A stretch of DNA of 56,230 nt, the filler included, from Squatina squatina (taxonomy: Eukaryota): assembly GCA_031763465.1 (NCBI GenBank). It is 3 parts of 2 records of this genome, joined end to end, with 100 filler letters (N's around TTAATTAATTAA, not from the genome) between each part and the next. Parts side by side here need not be neighbours in the genome. Positions count along the whole stretch, not along the records: positions 17,349 to 42,702 come from JARFOE010000068.1; 2 more parts are not named here. One strand, written 5' to 3'. The notes under the pieces were generated by a model. It saw only the letters and a program-made list of their open reading frames with translations. It did no database searches and was not told where the DNA came from. Shown here in pieces: positions 24,256-35,227 of this stretch. The translations under genes were made by a program, and so were the position numbers. How positions within the stretch are numbered: position 1 is the first letter of the stretch; every line of letters starts with the position of its first letter.

Positions 24256-25099
24256 TCCTAGATGCTTCTGAGTACGAACAAGGTGAAGCAGGTTTTTCCC
24301 TCGTGTTGATTCTCTCACCACCTGTCGCAGGCCCAGTCTGGCAGCAACTTCCTTCAGGACACGGCAGCTCGGTCCACTCTGCTGATGGACGTTGAATTCC
24401 CCATTCAGATTATATTCTGTGAAATGCACCTCTTAGTTCTTATCCAAGTGGATTGCAACATGGAGCAGTACTGATTTTTCAGCTGAGGGAGGGAGAAATC
24501 AGCAAGAGACATCCTTGCCCATGCTTAAGGTGAAGACATGAGACATCTCAGGAGCCGGAATTAATGTTGAGGACTCCCAAGGCTACACTATTCCGAATGT
24601 ATACTACTGTGCTGCCTCCTCGGCTGGGTCTATCCTGATGGTGGGACAGGATATAGCGAGGGATGGAGATGGAGGATTCGGGGACATTAGGTGAAAGGTA
24701 TAAATCTGTGAGTATGACTATGTCAGGCTGTACTTGACCAGTCTGTGGGACAGCTCTCCCAACTTTGCTGCTTGACCCAGATAATGGTGAGGAGGACTTT
24801 GCAGGGTCGTCTGGGCTGTGTGTGCCGTTTTTGAGTCCAAAGCCGGTGCCGAGGTCGAAGCTGTGTGATCCCTCCAGTTTTATTCTTCTTTCAATTTCTG
24901 TAGCGGCTATTTACAATTGAGGGGCTTGCAAGGCCATTTCAGAGGGAAGATAAGAGACAACCATAGTGCAATGCATCTGGATTCACATATCATTCAGACC
25001 AGGTAAGGATTGCAGGGTCCCTTCCGCAAAGGACATTAGAGATTTTCTGCCTTCCAAATTCTTTCACTAATTGTTTTGCCTTCCCACTCCAGCATTGTT

Positions 25100-25470
25100 T
25101 CTCTCCATCCTGAATACACTCCCAGATTCCCATCCGCCTGCGAAGCTAACGCAAATCCTCCCCACAACACTGGCCAAACCCCCTGCGATGATACAGGGAG
25201 TTGTGCTGCTGAGATGCAACGAGTCCTGCTTGTACAGTACCCACCTGTCCCAGATACGGTCCCAATGCCTCAGAAATCTGAAGCCCTCCTTCCTGCACCA
25301 TCTCTCCAGCTACACATTCATCTGATGTATTGTCCTATTTGATTACTGAGTGGCACATGGCATTGCAAATAATCGTCAGTTTACTAAGTTTATAGTCCTG
25401 CTTTTTATTTTATTCTCTGAGCTTCGCAAAGCCTTTTTGCACGACCTCATTCCTCTATCATCCTATTTCA
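25100..25470 (-). mobile_element. CR1 ORF1 (SGNH esterase) remnant
   Basis: The reverse complement aligns by eye with the ORF1 copy at ~50520-50810 (cagatgaatg.gt.gctggagagatgg...gaagg..ttcagatt.ctgaggcattggga). Confidence 0.7.
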
Positions 25471-26960
25471 GAAGGAAAGAAAGAAAGAAAACGGAATTAA
25501 GAAAGAAGGAAGAAAAAAGGAATGTAGAAATTGAGGAAAGAAAAAAATGGAAATTAGGAAGATAGGATGGAAAGTGAGAATAAAACATGAAAGATAGAGA
25601 GAAATGTAGAAGAATTAAAAATGGAAATGAAGAAAGAACGAATTAGTAATACAAAGACAGGAGGAAAGAAAGAAAGACGGAAAGAAAAGTAGAAAAGTGT
25701 ACGCAAGATAGAAACAAAACAAAAAAAGATCCCAAAAGATAGGAAATAAAGGAGGGCAAAAAAGAGAAAAATAACAAAGGACAGAAAACAAGAAACATAA
25801 AAGAAAAGCAAGAACGTTTGAAAGAAACGAAAAAGACCTAATGAAAGAAAGAAAGAGAAATGCAAGAATGAGAGAAAGAAAAAAGAAAGGAAAAACATAG
25901 AAAGAAACAAGAAGAAACAAAGGAATGGAAAAAGCAAACATAAAAGAAAGACATAGAGAAGGATAAAGATTGAAAGAAGGATTGAAAGAAAACAGACAGA
26001 ATGGAAAAGTAAACAAAGGAAGAATGACGAAAGAAATAGTCAAGAAGGATCTAAAGAAAGAATGAGAGAAAGAAAGACAAAATGAAAGAAAGAAAATGGA
26101 AGATAAACGAAAGAAAGTTACTTGACAGGAACCAAACGAAAGTAGCAAATGAATAAATGTGAATGATAGAGAGAAGCAACAAAAGAAAGAATCCAGGAGA
26201 TAATGAAAGAATGAGTGAACGAAAAAAACAACAAAAGGACGCATAGAAAAAAAGCAAGAAAGCAGGAAGGAAAGAATAAAAGGAAGATTAGAAAGAAAGA
26301 AGCAAACAAAGAATGAGATAAGACTGAAAATAAGAAATATAGAAAAAGACAGTAACAAAAAAGCAATCAAGAAACAAAATTGCAAGAAAAAAGAAGGAAA
26401 GAAAAGAAGGAAAGAACAAAATACTATTAAAAAAGAATGATAGAACGAAGGAAGGAAAAAAGCAAGAAAGGAGGGAAGCAAAAAGCAGAATTTTAGCAGT
26501 AGAAAAAGAAAGAAGGAAAAAATTAAAAAGAAAGCATGAAAACTGAAAGAAAGTGTGGAAGAAGGAATAAAAAGGAAAGAAAGAAAGAAATAAAGAAGGA
26601 CGGTATAAAGGGAATAATTGAAGTATAAAGTTGGAGAAAACCGAAAAAGTTTAAAAGTAGGATAGAAATATAAGGAAAGAAAAAAATGAGAAAAAAGTAG
26701 AATAATAGAAAGAAAGAAAGTAAAAAAGAAAGAGAAGAAAAGGAAGGAATTGACGAAATAGAAAAGTGAACTGGAAAGAGAGAACGGCAGAAAGAAATAA
26801 TAACATTAAGATAGAAGGAAAGAGAGAAGGAACAAAAGACATTGAAAAGCAAGCAAGAAATAAAATAAAGAATCGAACGGAGGATGGAAAGAATGTGGAA
26901 TGTTGGAAAAGTGGGAAAAAAACAGCAAGAAAGGAGCATAGAAAGAAGAGGAGAGACACA
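25470..26960. repeat. ~1.5 kb purine-rich low-complexity tract (decayed GAAA/GGAA microsatellite)
   Basis: Overwhelmingly A/G on plus; it produces spurious F/L/S-rich minus-strand ORFs. Confidence 0.92.
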
Positions 26961-27729
26961 TAGAAACAGTAAAAATAGGTGCAGGAGTAGGTCATTCGGC
27001 CCTTCGAGCCTGCACCGACGTCCAACACGATCATGTACCCCGTACATTCTTTCTGTCCATACCCGCTGATCCCTTTAGTCGTAAGGGCCACATCTAACTC
27101 CCTTATGAATGTCGACAATGAACTGGCCTCAACAGCTTCCTGTGCTTAAGAGTTCCACACGTTCCCCACTCTCTGGGTGAAAACGTTTTTCCTCATCTCT
27201 GTCCTAAATGGCTTCCTTCTTATCCTCAAACTGTGGCCCCTGGTTCTGGACTTCCCCAACATCGGGAACATTCTTCCCGATTCTAGCAATTCCAAGCCCT
27301 TAAGAATTCTGTATGTTTCTGTAAGATCCCTTCTCATTCTTCTAAGTTCCAGTGAATATAAGCCACATCGATACAATATTTCTTCATATGTCAGACCTGC
27401 CATCGCGGGAATCAATTTGGTGAACCTTGGCTGCACTTCCTCAATAGCAAGGATGTCCTTCCTCAGATTAGGAGACCAAAACTGCACACAATACTCCAGG
27501 TGTGGTCTCACCAATGACCTGTACAACTGCAGTAGGACCTCCCTGCTACTATACTCAAATCCTCTTGCTATGAATGACAACATGCCATTTGCTTTCCTCA
27601 CTGCCTGCTGCACCTGCAAACCTACTTTCAACGACTGATATACAATGACACGGAGGTCTCGTTGCACCTCCCCTTTTCCTAATCGGCCACCATTCAGATA
27701 ATAATCTGCTTTCCTGTTCTTGCCACCAA
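26958..27729 (-). mobile_element. Well-preserved CR1 ORF2 C-terminus and 3' UTR
   Basis: 173-aa ORF 27146-27667, QRDLRVIVYQSLKV...YRSLVRPHLEYCVQFWSP...FTQRVGNVWNS, plus the tail. Confidence 0.92.
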
Positions 27730-27829
27730 NNNNNNNNNNNNNNNNNNNNNNNNNNNNNNNNNNNNNNNNNNNNNNNNNNNNNNNNNNNNNNNNNNNNNNN
27801 NNNNNNNNNNNNNNNNNNNNNNNNNNNNN

Positions 27830-28524
27830 AGGTACCGCATGGGTTAGACACAGTCTATACCTCCCGCAATTCTCTCCTGACTAACACTCCTAGGGCAGGT
27901 ACAGCACGGGTTGGATACAGTGTAAAGCTTCCTCTACACTGTCCTATCACACGCTCCCAGGGCAGGCACAGCACGGGTTAGGTACAGAAAACAACTTCCT
28001 CTACACTGTCCCCATCAAACACTTGCGGGGCAGGTACAGCACGTGCTAGATACTGAGTAAAGCTCCCTGTGCATTGTCCCCTGAAACTCTCTCTGGGTCG
28101 GTGCAACACAAGTTGGATACAGAGAAAAGCTTCCTCTACACTGTGCCATCAAAACTCCCAGGGCAAGTACGGCATAGGTTACATACAGAGTAAAGCTCTC
28201 TCTGCGCTGTCCCATCGCACTTCTAGGACATGTATAGCACGGGTTAGATACAGGGAAATGCATCCTCTACACTGTCCCATCACACAATCTCAGGTTAGGT
28301 ACAGTGCGGGTTAGATCCAGAGAAAAGCTTCCTCTACACTGTCCCCTTCAAACATTGACAGGCTGCTACTGCACAAGTTAGATACATAGTAGGCTCCCTC
28401 TACACTGTCCCCATCAAACCCCCCAGGGCATGTAGAGCACGGGTCGGATACAGAGCATAGCTCTCTCTACACTGTCCTGTCAAACACTCCCAGGGCAAAT
28501 GCAGCACAAGTTGATACAGAGTAA
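27830..28524. repeat. ~67-bp tandem satellite, about 10 diverged copies
   Basis: Unit acagcacgggttagatacagagtaaagctccctctacactgtcccatcaaacactcccagggcaggt recurs at 27901, 27968, 28036 and onward; gaps on both sides. Confidence 0.9.
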
Positions 28525-29030
28525 NNNNNNNNNNNNNNNNNNNNNNNNNNNNNNNNNNNNNNNNNNNNNNNNNNNNNNNNNNNNNNNNNNNNNNNNNNNN
28601 NNNNNNNNNNNNNNNNNNNNNNNNTGCGGACGGCTTCGCGGACAAGCTCCCACTGGCACTTTCCAGCAGGGGTTGCCGGGTACCCGATGGGGGCCTGGCT
28701 GGTCGAAAGGCCTGGCCGGAAACCAGGTATCACCGCGCCCACTGGAGGCTATCTCTGGCACCTTCATTTACCCGCTGAATCGTTCATGCTTGCGCTGCCT
28801 TGAAGAAAGTTACCGTACCGTATTTTCCCCGTCCTCGCCACTCCGAAACCTAAACACGTGTCCTGCGGGCAATCCCGGCCGCATGTCCTGGGCTGCGTTT
28901 GATTTCCAGTGTCTGTCTTCCAGTGATCCACTGTAGAGAAGATCCCAGGGGTACTCCTGCAGATGGAGGATTGACCTTCGACCCGTCCGCATGTATCGCT
29001 GGCAAATGAGCAGTGCGACTTCATGATCAC

Positions 29031-29115
29031 ATGACTCTCGACATGGATACCGTCCTGTCAGACTTTGTTCGCTCGACGGGGGCGGAGCCGGGACTGGCAC
29101 GGGATCTGCTGGAAG
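29031..29115 (+). CDS. OTUD7B: OTU deubiquitinase 7B (Cezanne), first coding exon (UBA-like N-terminus)
   Basis: [29 protein letters not shown]|gtgag matches the OTUD7A/B N-terminus (85 nt, phase 1). An in-frame upstream stop (no OTUD7A-type extension) and linkage to CHTOP favour 7B. Confidence 0.88.
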
Positions 29116-29324
29116 GTGAGAGCCCAGGCTGGGACTATCTGACCATAGAGGCTTGCAGGACAGACCCAGGGTATTCAGCGCATCGTGTCTGTGCTGGTTC
29201 TTATCCCGAGCAATCCCAAACTAANNNNNNNNNNNNNNNNNNNNNNNNNNNNNNNNNNNNNNNNNNNNNNNNNNNNNNNNNNNNNNNNNNNNNNNNNNNN
29301 NNNNNNNNNNNNNNNNNNNNNNNN

Positions 29325-30563
29325 GGTGTCCATTTATACAAATAACTAAAAGCTAGTGCACAAGTTAAAATAGTCATCAAAAACTGAGTTTTGGCCTTTT
29401 TCAAGGGGGCTGGAATACAAAAGTGATGAAGTGATGCTTAAGTTGTAGAGACTTGGTCAGACCCCGTCTGGAGAGCTGTGTTCAGTTTTGGGAATGATAT
29501 ATTGACCTCGGTTTGGGTACAGCGAAAATTCACCAGAATAATACCAAGGCTCAAAGAATTAAATTATAATTTTGGGTTGTATTCCCTTGAGTTTCGAAGG
29601 TTGAGAGGTGTCTGTTTAAAATGATAAAAAGATTCAGTAGAATTGATATAGGGAAGCTATTTCCTCTGGTGGGGGAATCCAGAACAAAAGGATACAACCT
29701 TAAAATCAGAAGTAGGCCATTTAGGAGTGAATTTGAAAGCACTTTTCGCACAAAGGATAGTGGAGATCTGCGACTCGTTCTAGAAACATGGAAACATAGA
29801 AAATAGGAACAAGAGTAGGCCATTCGGCCCTTCGAGCCTGCTCCGCCATTCAATATGGTCATGGCTGATCNNNNNNNNNNNNNNNNNNNNNNNNNNNNNN
29901 NNNNNNNNNNNNNNNNNNNNNNNNNNNNNNNNNNNNNNNNNNNNNNNNNNNNNNNNNNNNNNNNNNNNNNCGATAAGGTTCCACAGCAAATATGAGCGAA
30001 CATGGAATTGGCAGCAACCTATTGACATGGGTAGGAAATTGGTTTGGAGGTTGGAGACAGAGAGTAGGATAATGGTTATGTACTCCAATTGGCAGGATGT
30101 GACCAGGGGTGTCCCTGAACTGGGGCCTCAGCTTTTCACTATATTTATCAATGACTTAGATGAAGAAAGAGAGGGCTGTATATTCAGTTTTGCTGATGAC
30201 AAGTCAGGTGGCATAGTAAATAAGTGCAGATCAGAGCAGTAAGTTGCAAAGGGACTTTAATAGATTAAGTAAATGGGCAAAACTGCCCAATGGAGTTCAA
30301 TGTGGGGAAATGCGAAGTCATTCACTTTGGACCTCAAAAGGTAAATAAGAGTATTTTCTAAATGGTGAAAAGCTAGGAACTGTGGATGTGCAGACAGATT
30401 TAGGGGCCCAAGAACAGAAATCACTAAAAGCAAGTGGACATGTACAAAAAATAATTTTAAAAGGCTAATGGAATAGTAACATAGAAAATAGGAGCAGTAG
30501 TCGGCCATTTGGCCCTTCGGGCCTGCTCCGCCATTCAATATGGTCATGGCTGATCATCTACTT
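29325..30563. mobile_element. CR1 fragments (+ RT pieces, - 3' tails)
   Basis: VTRGVPELGPQLFTIFINDLDE...FADDK and LFPLVGESRTKG. Confidence 0.85.
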
Positions 30564-30599
30564 NNNNNNNNNNNNNNNNNNNNTACACTTTTAAACAAT

Positions 30600-31830
30600 G
30601 CCTACAACCGCATTTAGCCAAAAATATCACGATTGAAATTTTTTTTTTAATGCTGATTTTCTTAAAAATAGAACTTAACCCTCACTCCCCAGCGGGTGAC
30701 AGTGCCCAAAAAACTGGGCGTTGTCACCGTTAGTTTGAAGGCCGATTAGCCTTATCGAATTTCCCAGCGGGCGGCCATTTTGGGCGTTGCGCCTACTGAT
30801 GGTGTCATTGAGGGCCTGTAAAGCTGAACGCTGAGTTTTTAGCCTTAAAGCTTTAACGCCCATTTAGCGCCAGCATTAAGGGGGGACGAATTTCCCAGCG
30901 TTAAATTTAGCGCCCAAAATCAGCGTTAAGCCGTTAATCCCAATTGAACTCTAGTTTTACGCCGGAAAAAAACCAAATTGGGCGGCCATCCTTTCTTAGG
31001 TAAGGAGACCCAAAACTCGACACAATACTCCAGATGTGGTCTCACCAAGGTCCTGCATAATTGCAGTAAGTCTTCTTTACTCCTTGCTTCTCCACAGGGA
31101 GTGGCGGAGGCAGCGACCATTGCAATTTTAAGGGAAAATTGGGTANNNNNNNNNNNNNNNNNNNNNNNNNNNNNNNNNNNNNNNNNNNNNNNNNNNNNNN
31201 NNNNNNNNNNNNNNNNNNNNNNNNNNNNNNNNNNNNNNNNNNNNNCTCATCTCCCTCCGTTGTCGCTGACGCCTATGTCTTCGTCTCAGATAGGTCATGT
31301 GATGACGGTGAAGCTGGGGAGCTATAGCAAGAGATGCACCCATTGTAACAAATGCCGTGCAACCTATAAATAAATTAGCACCTGCACTGGCAAGACCAAG
31401 GTCCTGTAATTTAAATCGCAGCTTTCTGACTGAGGAGATTAAATTGCCTGATCTCCAACAATGCCGGTAAAAGTAGGCGACTTAAAATGGCCAACATCCA
31501 GCCCCCTTTAAATAGCGTCATCTCAGGACTGACGCACGGTGTCAACGCTGAAAAAACCTGGCATGGGCAGCGCCCCCTTTTTACATTGGGGGCGCTGACC
31601 AATTTGCTTACACTGGTGCCCACTCGACTTTGCGCAGGCTGATGATGTCATCATCGCCTTGCACTGCTGCAACCGCCGCTGCCGGCACCCAGCCTCCAAC
31701 GCCACAGTGATGCCGGTGTACACACCACTCCAATTCTCCGATCTGCACACTTTCGCCACCAGCGGGCATTAAAGCCCTAACGCCGTTTTCGCGCCAGAAT
31801 GGCGCTGATTTTTTGACTCTAATTGGACCC
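30600..31830. mobile_element. GC/CpG-rich, internally repetitive non-autonomous DNA-transposon (MITE/Harbinger-like) remnants with a short CR1 insert
   Basis: Repeated aatttcccagcg, gggcgtt/aacgccc and agcgcc/ggcgct self-complementary motifs; similar style at 35230-35540 and 40340-40800. Confidence 0.45.
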
Positions 31831-32864
31831 CCCTTTAGTCTTATACTCAAATTCTCTTTTAATAAAGGCCAACATACCATTTGCTTTCTTAATTGCTTGC
31901 TGTACCTGCATGTCAACTTAGTGATTTGTGTACAAGGACACCCAGGTCCCTCAAGTAGACCAACATTTCCCAATCTCTCACNNNNNNNNNNNNNNNNNNN
32001 NNNNNNNNNNNNNNNNNNNNNNNNNNNNNNNNNNNNNNNNNNNNNNNNNNNNNNNNNNNNNNNNNNNNNNNNNNNNNNNNNGTGAAAAGCACTGTCTCCT
32101 TTGGCTGTAAGAGCTGGATATTTCCCTGTCTGGTTGGTTGGTTTTTTAAGTGATCTGGTTAAACAATTCGTTTCATGTTTAAAAGTGGTTGTGGATTTCC
32201 CTTCAGTTTGAGAAGCTGAGCTGAGATGTTGTTGACTTCTAGTGGATTAAGTTTGTGAGGATCCCCCTATGCTTGACATACCTATTGGAAATGATGAACT
32301 CCAGCAACTTGAGTTGCAATCCATGTGGGACTTACATTAGTGGAACACACAGAATTACACACAAGACACAGAAGTAAAGTCTGTCAAAATTTGAAATATC
32401 TTGTTCCAGAGAATTTGCAGCAAATTTGTCTTTGGGAAGCCTGTGTCCAAAATGAGTGGGTGTGGGATCAATAGATTTTTTAAGCATTCTGATTTCTTTT
32501 ACAATTCTCTGCTATTGCTCTGACTGTTTCAGTCCTTTCTTCAAATTACCTTGCCGCTCACTTTTCTTTTCCCTGGAGCCAGTCGTCGCTAACTCTATAC
32601 ACGCTCTTGTATCTTGCTGCTTTTTTCCCCACTCTGCTACCAAATGCTTACGCCTTTCCTTCTCTGATAACACAGCCTGCAATGGTTGCAATCCCAGACT
32701 CGCAGGGAATGAATACATTTAACAACAAAAAAGTGTGCCACATGTCTCTATACTGAAAGGAGGTTTTCACTGGGAACTGGGGCACCGTAGCTGAGGGGCT
32801 CGAATTGCCTTTAAGAGTTGTGTGTATTAAAACCTGTTTAAACCACTTCTGTTCAACCTTGAAG

Positions 32865-33015
32865 CTTTACCAACATGCTGAAGAACAAACAGCCTCCAAC
32901 AGTGAGCATTCGAGCAACGATGCAGCAGCAGCAACTGGCAAGTGCCAGAAACCGCCGATTGGCGCAGCAGATGGAGAACAGGCCCTCTGTTCAAGCTGCT
33001 CTCAAGCTGAAGCAG
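32865..33015 (+). CDS. CHTOP: Chromatin target of PRMT1, internal exon (human exon 3 equivalent)
   Basis: gaag|C TTT ACC AAC ATG: [50 protein letters not shown]|gtgagc, a close match to vertebrate CHTOP. Confidence 0.93.
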
Positions 33016-33927
33016 GTGAGCAACAACTTTCCAGTGACATTTCTTCTCTCCCCCGATTTCCATGGCATGCACCACTCCTCGGAAATGCTCTCTCAAGTGA
33101 TCTCTACTTCTGACAGTCGTGCTCTCCAGCAGGTGCTAGTCTGTGTGTACGAGTTGTTGAGAGTGATTGTACCTCTTTTTACTGGCTTCCTCCCTCCCTG
33201 GAGGGAAGTGTACAATGACGTAGCCTCCAGCTGAGCTCAAGATGGCAAGAGTTTCTGTGAGGATTTGCAGACAACAGCCTGTATTCACACTGAATCATAT
33301 GTATTGCCAGATTGACCAACATATATTGTTTCCTGGGAGCCACTGGATTTTAATGCTGTATGTTCCTCCATGGTTGGAGATGCAGATAATAACATACCAT
33401 GTGGAGATGCACTGAAACTCATTCAGGCTATTGAGAAAGAAATTTAGTAGATTACCAACCCAGGTTAAGGAGAATAATAACCCATCAGGATATNNNNNNN
33501 NNNNNNNNNNNNNNNNNNNNNNNNNNNNNNNNNNNNNNNNNNNNNNNNNNNNNNNNNNNNNNNNNNNNNNNNNNNNNNNNNNNNNNNNNNNNNTTGCTTC
33601 TGCCCACATTTTACGTCCCTCTGTCTCCCTGCATTTGTTCCCATCCCCCTGCCATATTAGTTTAAACCCTTAAGGTACTACACTTCAAAATAATTCATAG
33701 ACTGTGAAGTGCTTTTGAACGTCCTGAGGATGGGAAAGGTGCTATATAAATGCAAGTTCTTTCCTTCATTTATATGTCTTATGTTTCATTTTAATAACAT
33801 TAGTTATGATCAAATGTTTTACAACCACTTCACTCTTACAGACTACATGCAAAGTCCATTTAACAATATGTAATTAGGACTTCCTAATACTAGCAGTAAA
33901 TTAGTATTCTGCTACTAATTATTTGGA

Positions 33928-34690
33928 CCTTTCCTTCTCTGGTAAAACAGCCCGCAATGGTTGCAATCCCAGACTCACAGGGGAATAAATACATTTGACA
34001 ACAAAGAAACAATGTGCCAGATGTCTCTACACTCGGAGGTTTTCAGTGGGAACTGGGGCATCATAGCTGAGGGGGCTCGAATTGCCTTTAAGAGCTGTGT
34101 GTATTAAAACCTGTTTAAACCACTTCTGTTCAATCTCAAAACTTTACCAACATGCTCAAGAACAAACAGCCTCCAACGGTGAGCATCTGGGCAATGATGC
34201 AGCAGCAGCAACTGGTAAGTGCCAGAAAATGCTGACTGGCACAGCAGATGGAAACAGGCCCTCTGTCCAAGCTGCTCTCAAGCTGAAGCAGGAAACAAGA
34301 ACTTTCTGATGACATTATTTCTTCTCCCTGCCCTGATTTCCATAGCATGCACCATTCACCAGCAATGCTCTCTCAATTGATCTGCTCCTCTACTTCTGAC
34401 ACTCGTGCTCTCCAACCAGGTGCCAGTCAGTGTTGAGAGTGGCTGCACCTCCTTTTACTGGTTTCCTCCCTCCCTGGAGGGAAATGTATGAAGACCTGAG
34501 CTGAGATGGCAAGAGTTTTTGTGGGGAATTGCAGACAGGACCCTGTATTCACACTGAATCATATGCTCAGCCAGACTGACCAACATATATTGTTTCCTGG
34601 GAGCAACTGGATTTTAATGCTGCTGTGTGTTCCCCCGTGATTGCAGATGCCTACAACAACTTACCATGTGGAAATGCTCTGAAACTCACC
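33928..34690 (+). pseudogene. CHTOP: Degenerate duplicate of the CHTOP exon-3 block with flanking intron sequence
   Basis: Colinear with ~32653-33422. The acceptor is lost (gaag to caaa), the donor is lost (gtgagc to gaaac), CGA has become a TGA stop, and there is a 1-nt deletion (ggagaac to ggaaac). Confidence 0.88.
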
Positions 34691-34818
34691 CAAATCTTTG
34701 AAGGTGGCAGGGCAAGTTNNNNNNNNNNNNNNNNNNNNNNNNNNNNNNNNNNNNNNNNNNNNNNNNNNNNNNNNNNNNNNNNNNNNNNNNNNNNNNNNNN
34801 NNNNNNNNNNNNNNNNNN

Positions 34819-35200
34819 CTTCAGGACTCGGCCAGCTCAGTCAGTAGTGCTACCGAGCCACTCTTGGTGATGGACATTGAAGTCCCCCACCCAGAGTACA
34901 TTCTGTGCCATTGCTACTCTCAGTGCTTCTTCCAAGTGATCAACATGGAGGAGTACTGATTTATCAGCCGAGGGAAGGCGGTCGGTGGTAATCAGCAGGA
35001 GGTTTCCTTGCCCGTGCTTGACCTGAAGCCTTGAGACTTCATGGGGGGTGGAGTCAATGTTGAGGACTCCCAGGGCCATTCCCTCCCGACTGTACACTGC
35101 TCTGCCTCCACCTGCCGTGGCTCTGGCCTGACAGTGGGACAGTACATACATAGGGATGGTGCTGTATTGGAGGAGTCTGTGACTTTAATTGAAAGATATA
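34819..35200 (-). mobile_element. APE endonuclease fragment of the second LINE family
   Basis: YVLSHCQARATAGGG...AQNVLWVGDFNVHHQEWLGST contains the GDFN motif. Confidence 0.85.
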
Positions 35201-35227
35201 ACCCACACTTTGTACTGTGCACACACT

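Larger units (their letters stand above)
20960..25040 (-). mobile_element. Near full-length second LINE family (CR1/L2 superfamily, APE-RT) split into four colinear pieces by CR1 insertions
   Basis: 5' region and APE at 24260-25040 (LSHRLVK.QPDIVILT), RT N-part at 22840-23535 (ANYCPVS, LDIKATFDRVW, VPQGS), RT at 22070-22340 (QTDLDSMQPWANKWQVTFAPHKCQ), C-part at 20960-21430 (LKRLDTI...IHSLHQQRTV). Confidence 0.75.

Noticed and set aside
25554-27118. Long Phe/Leu/Ser-rich ORFs resembling membrane proteins
   Set aside because: An artefact of the polypyrimidine strand, which rarely forms stop codons.
27830-28524. CRISPR-like array (period ~67 bp)
   Set aside because: The whole unit is repeated with no unique spacers, there are no cas genes, and the context is vertebrate.
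30600-31830. GC-rich segments as bacterial contamination or horizontal transfer
   Set aside because: No coherent ORFs, contiguous with CR1 pieces, and the motif style recurs at 35230 and 40340, consistent with host DNA-transposon relics.
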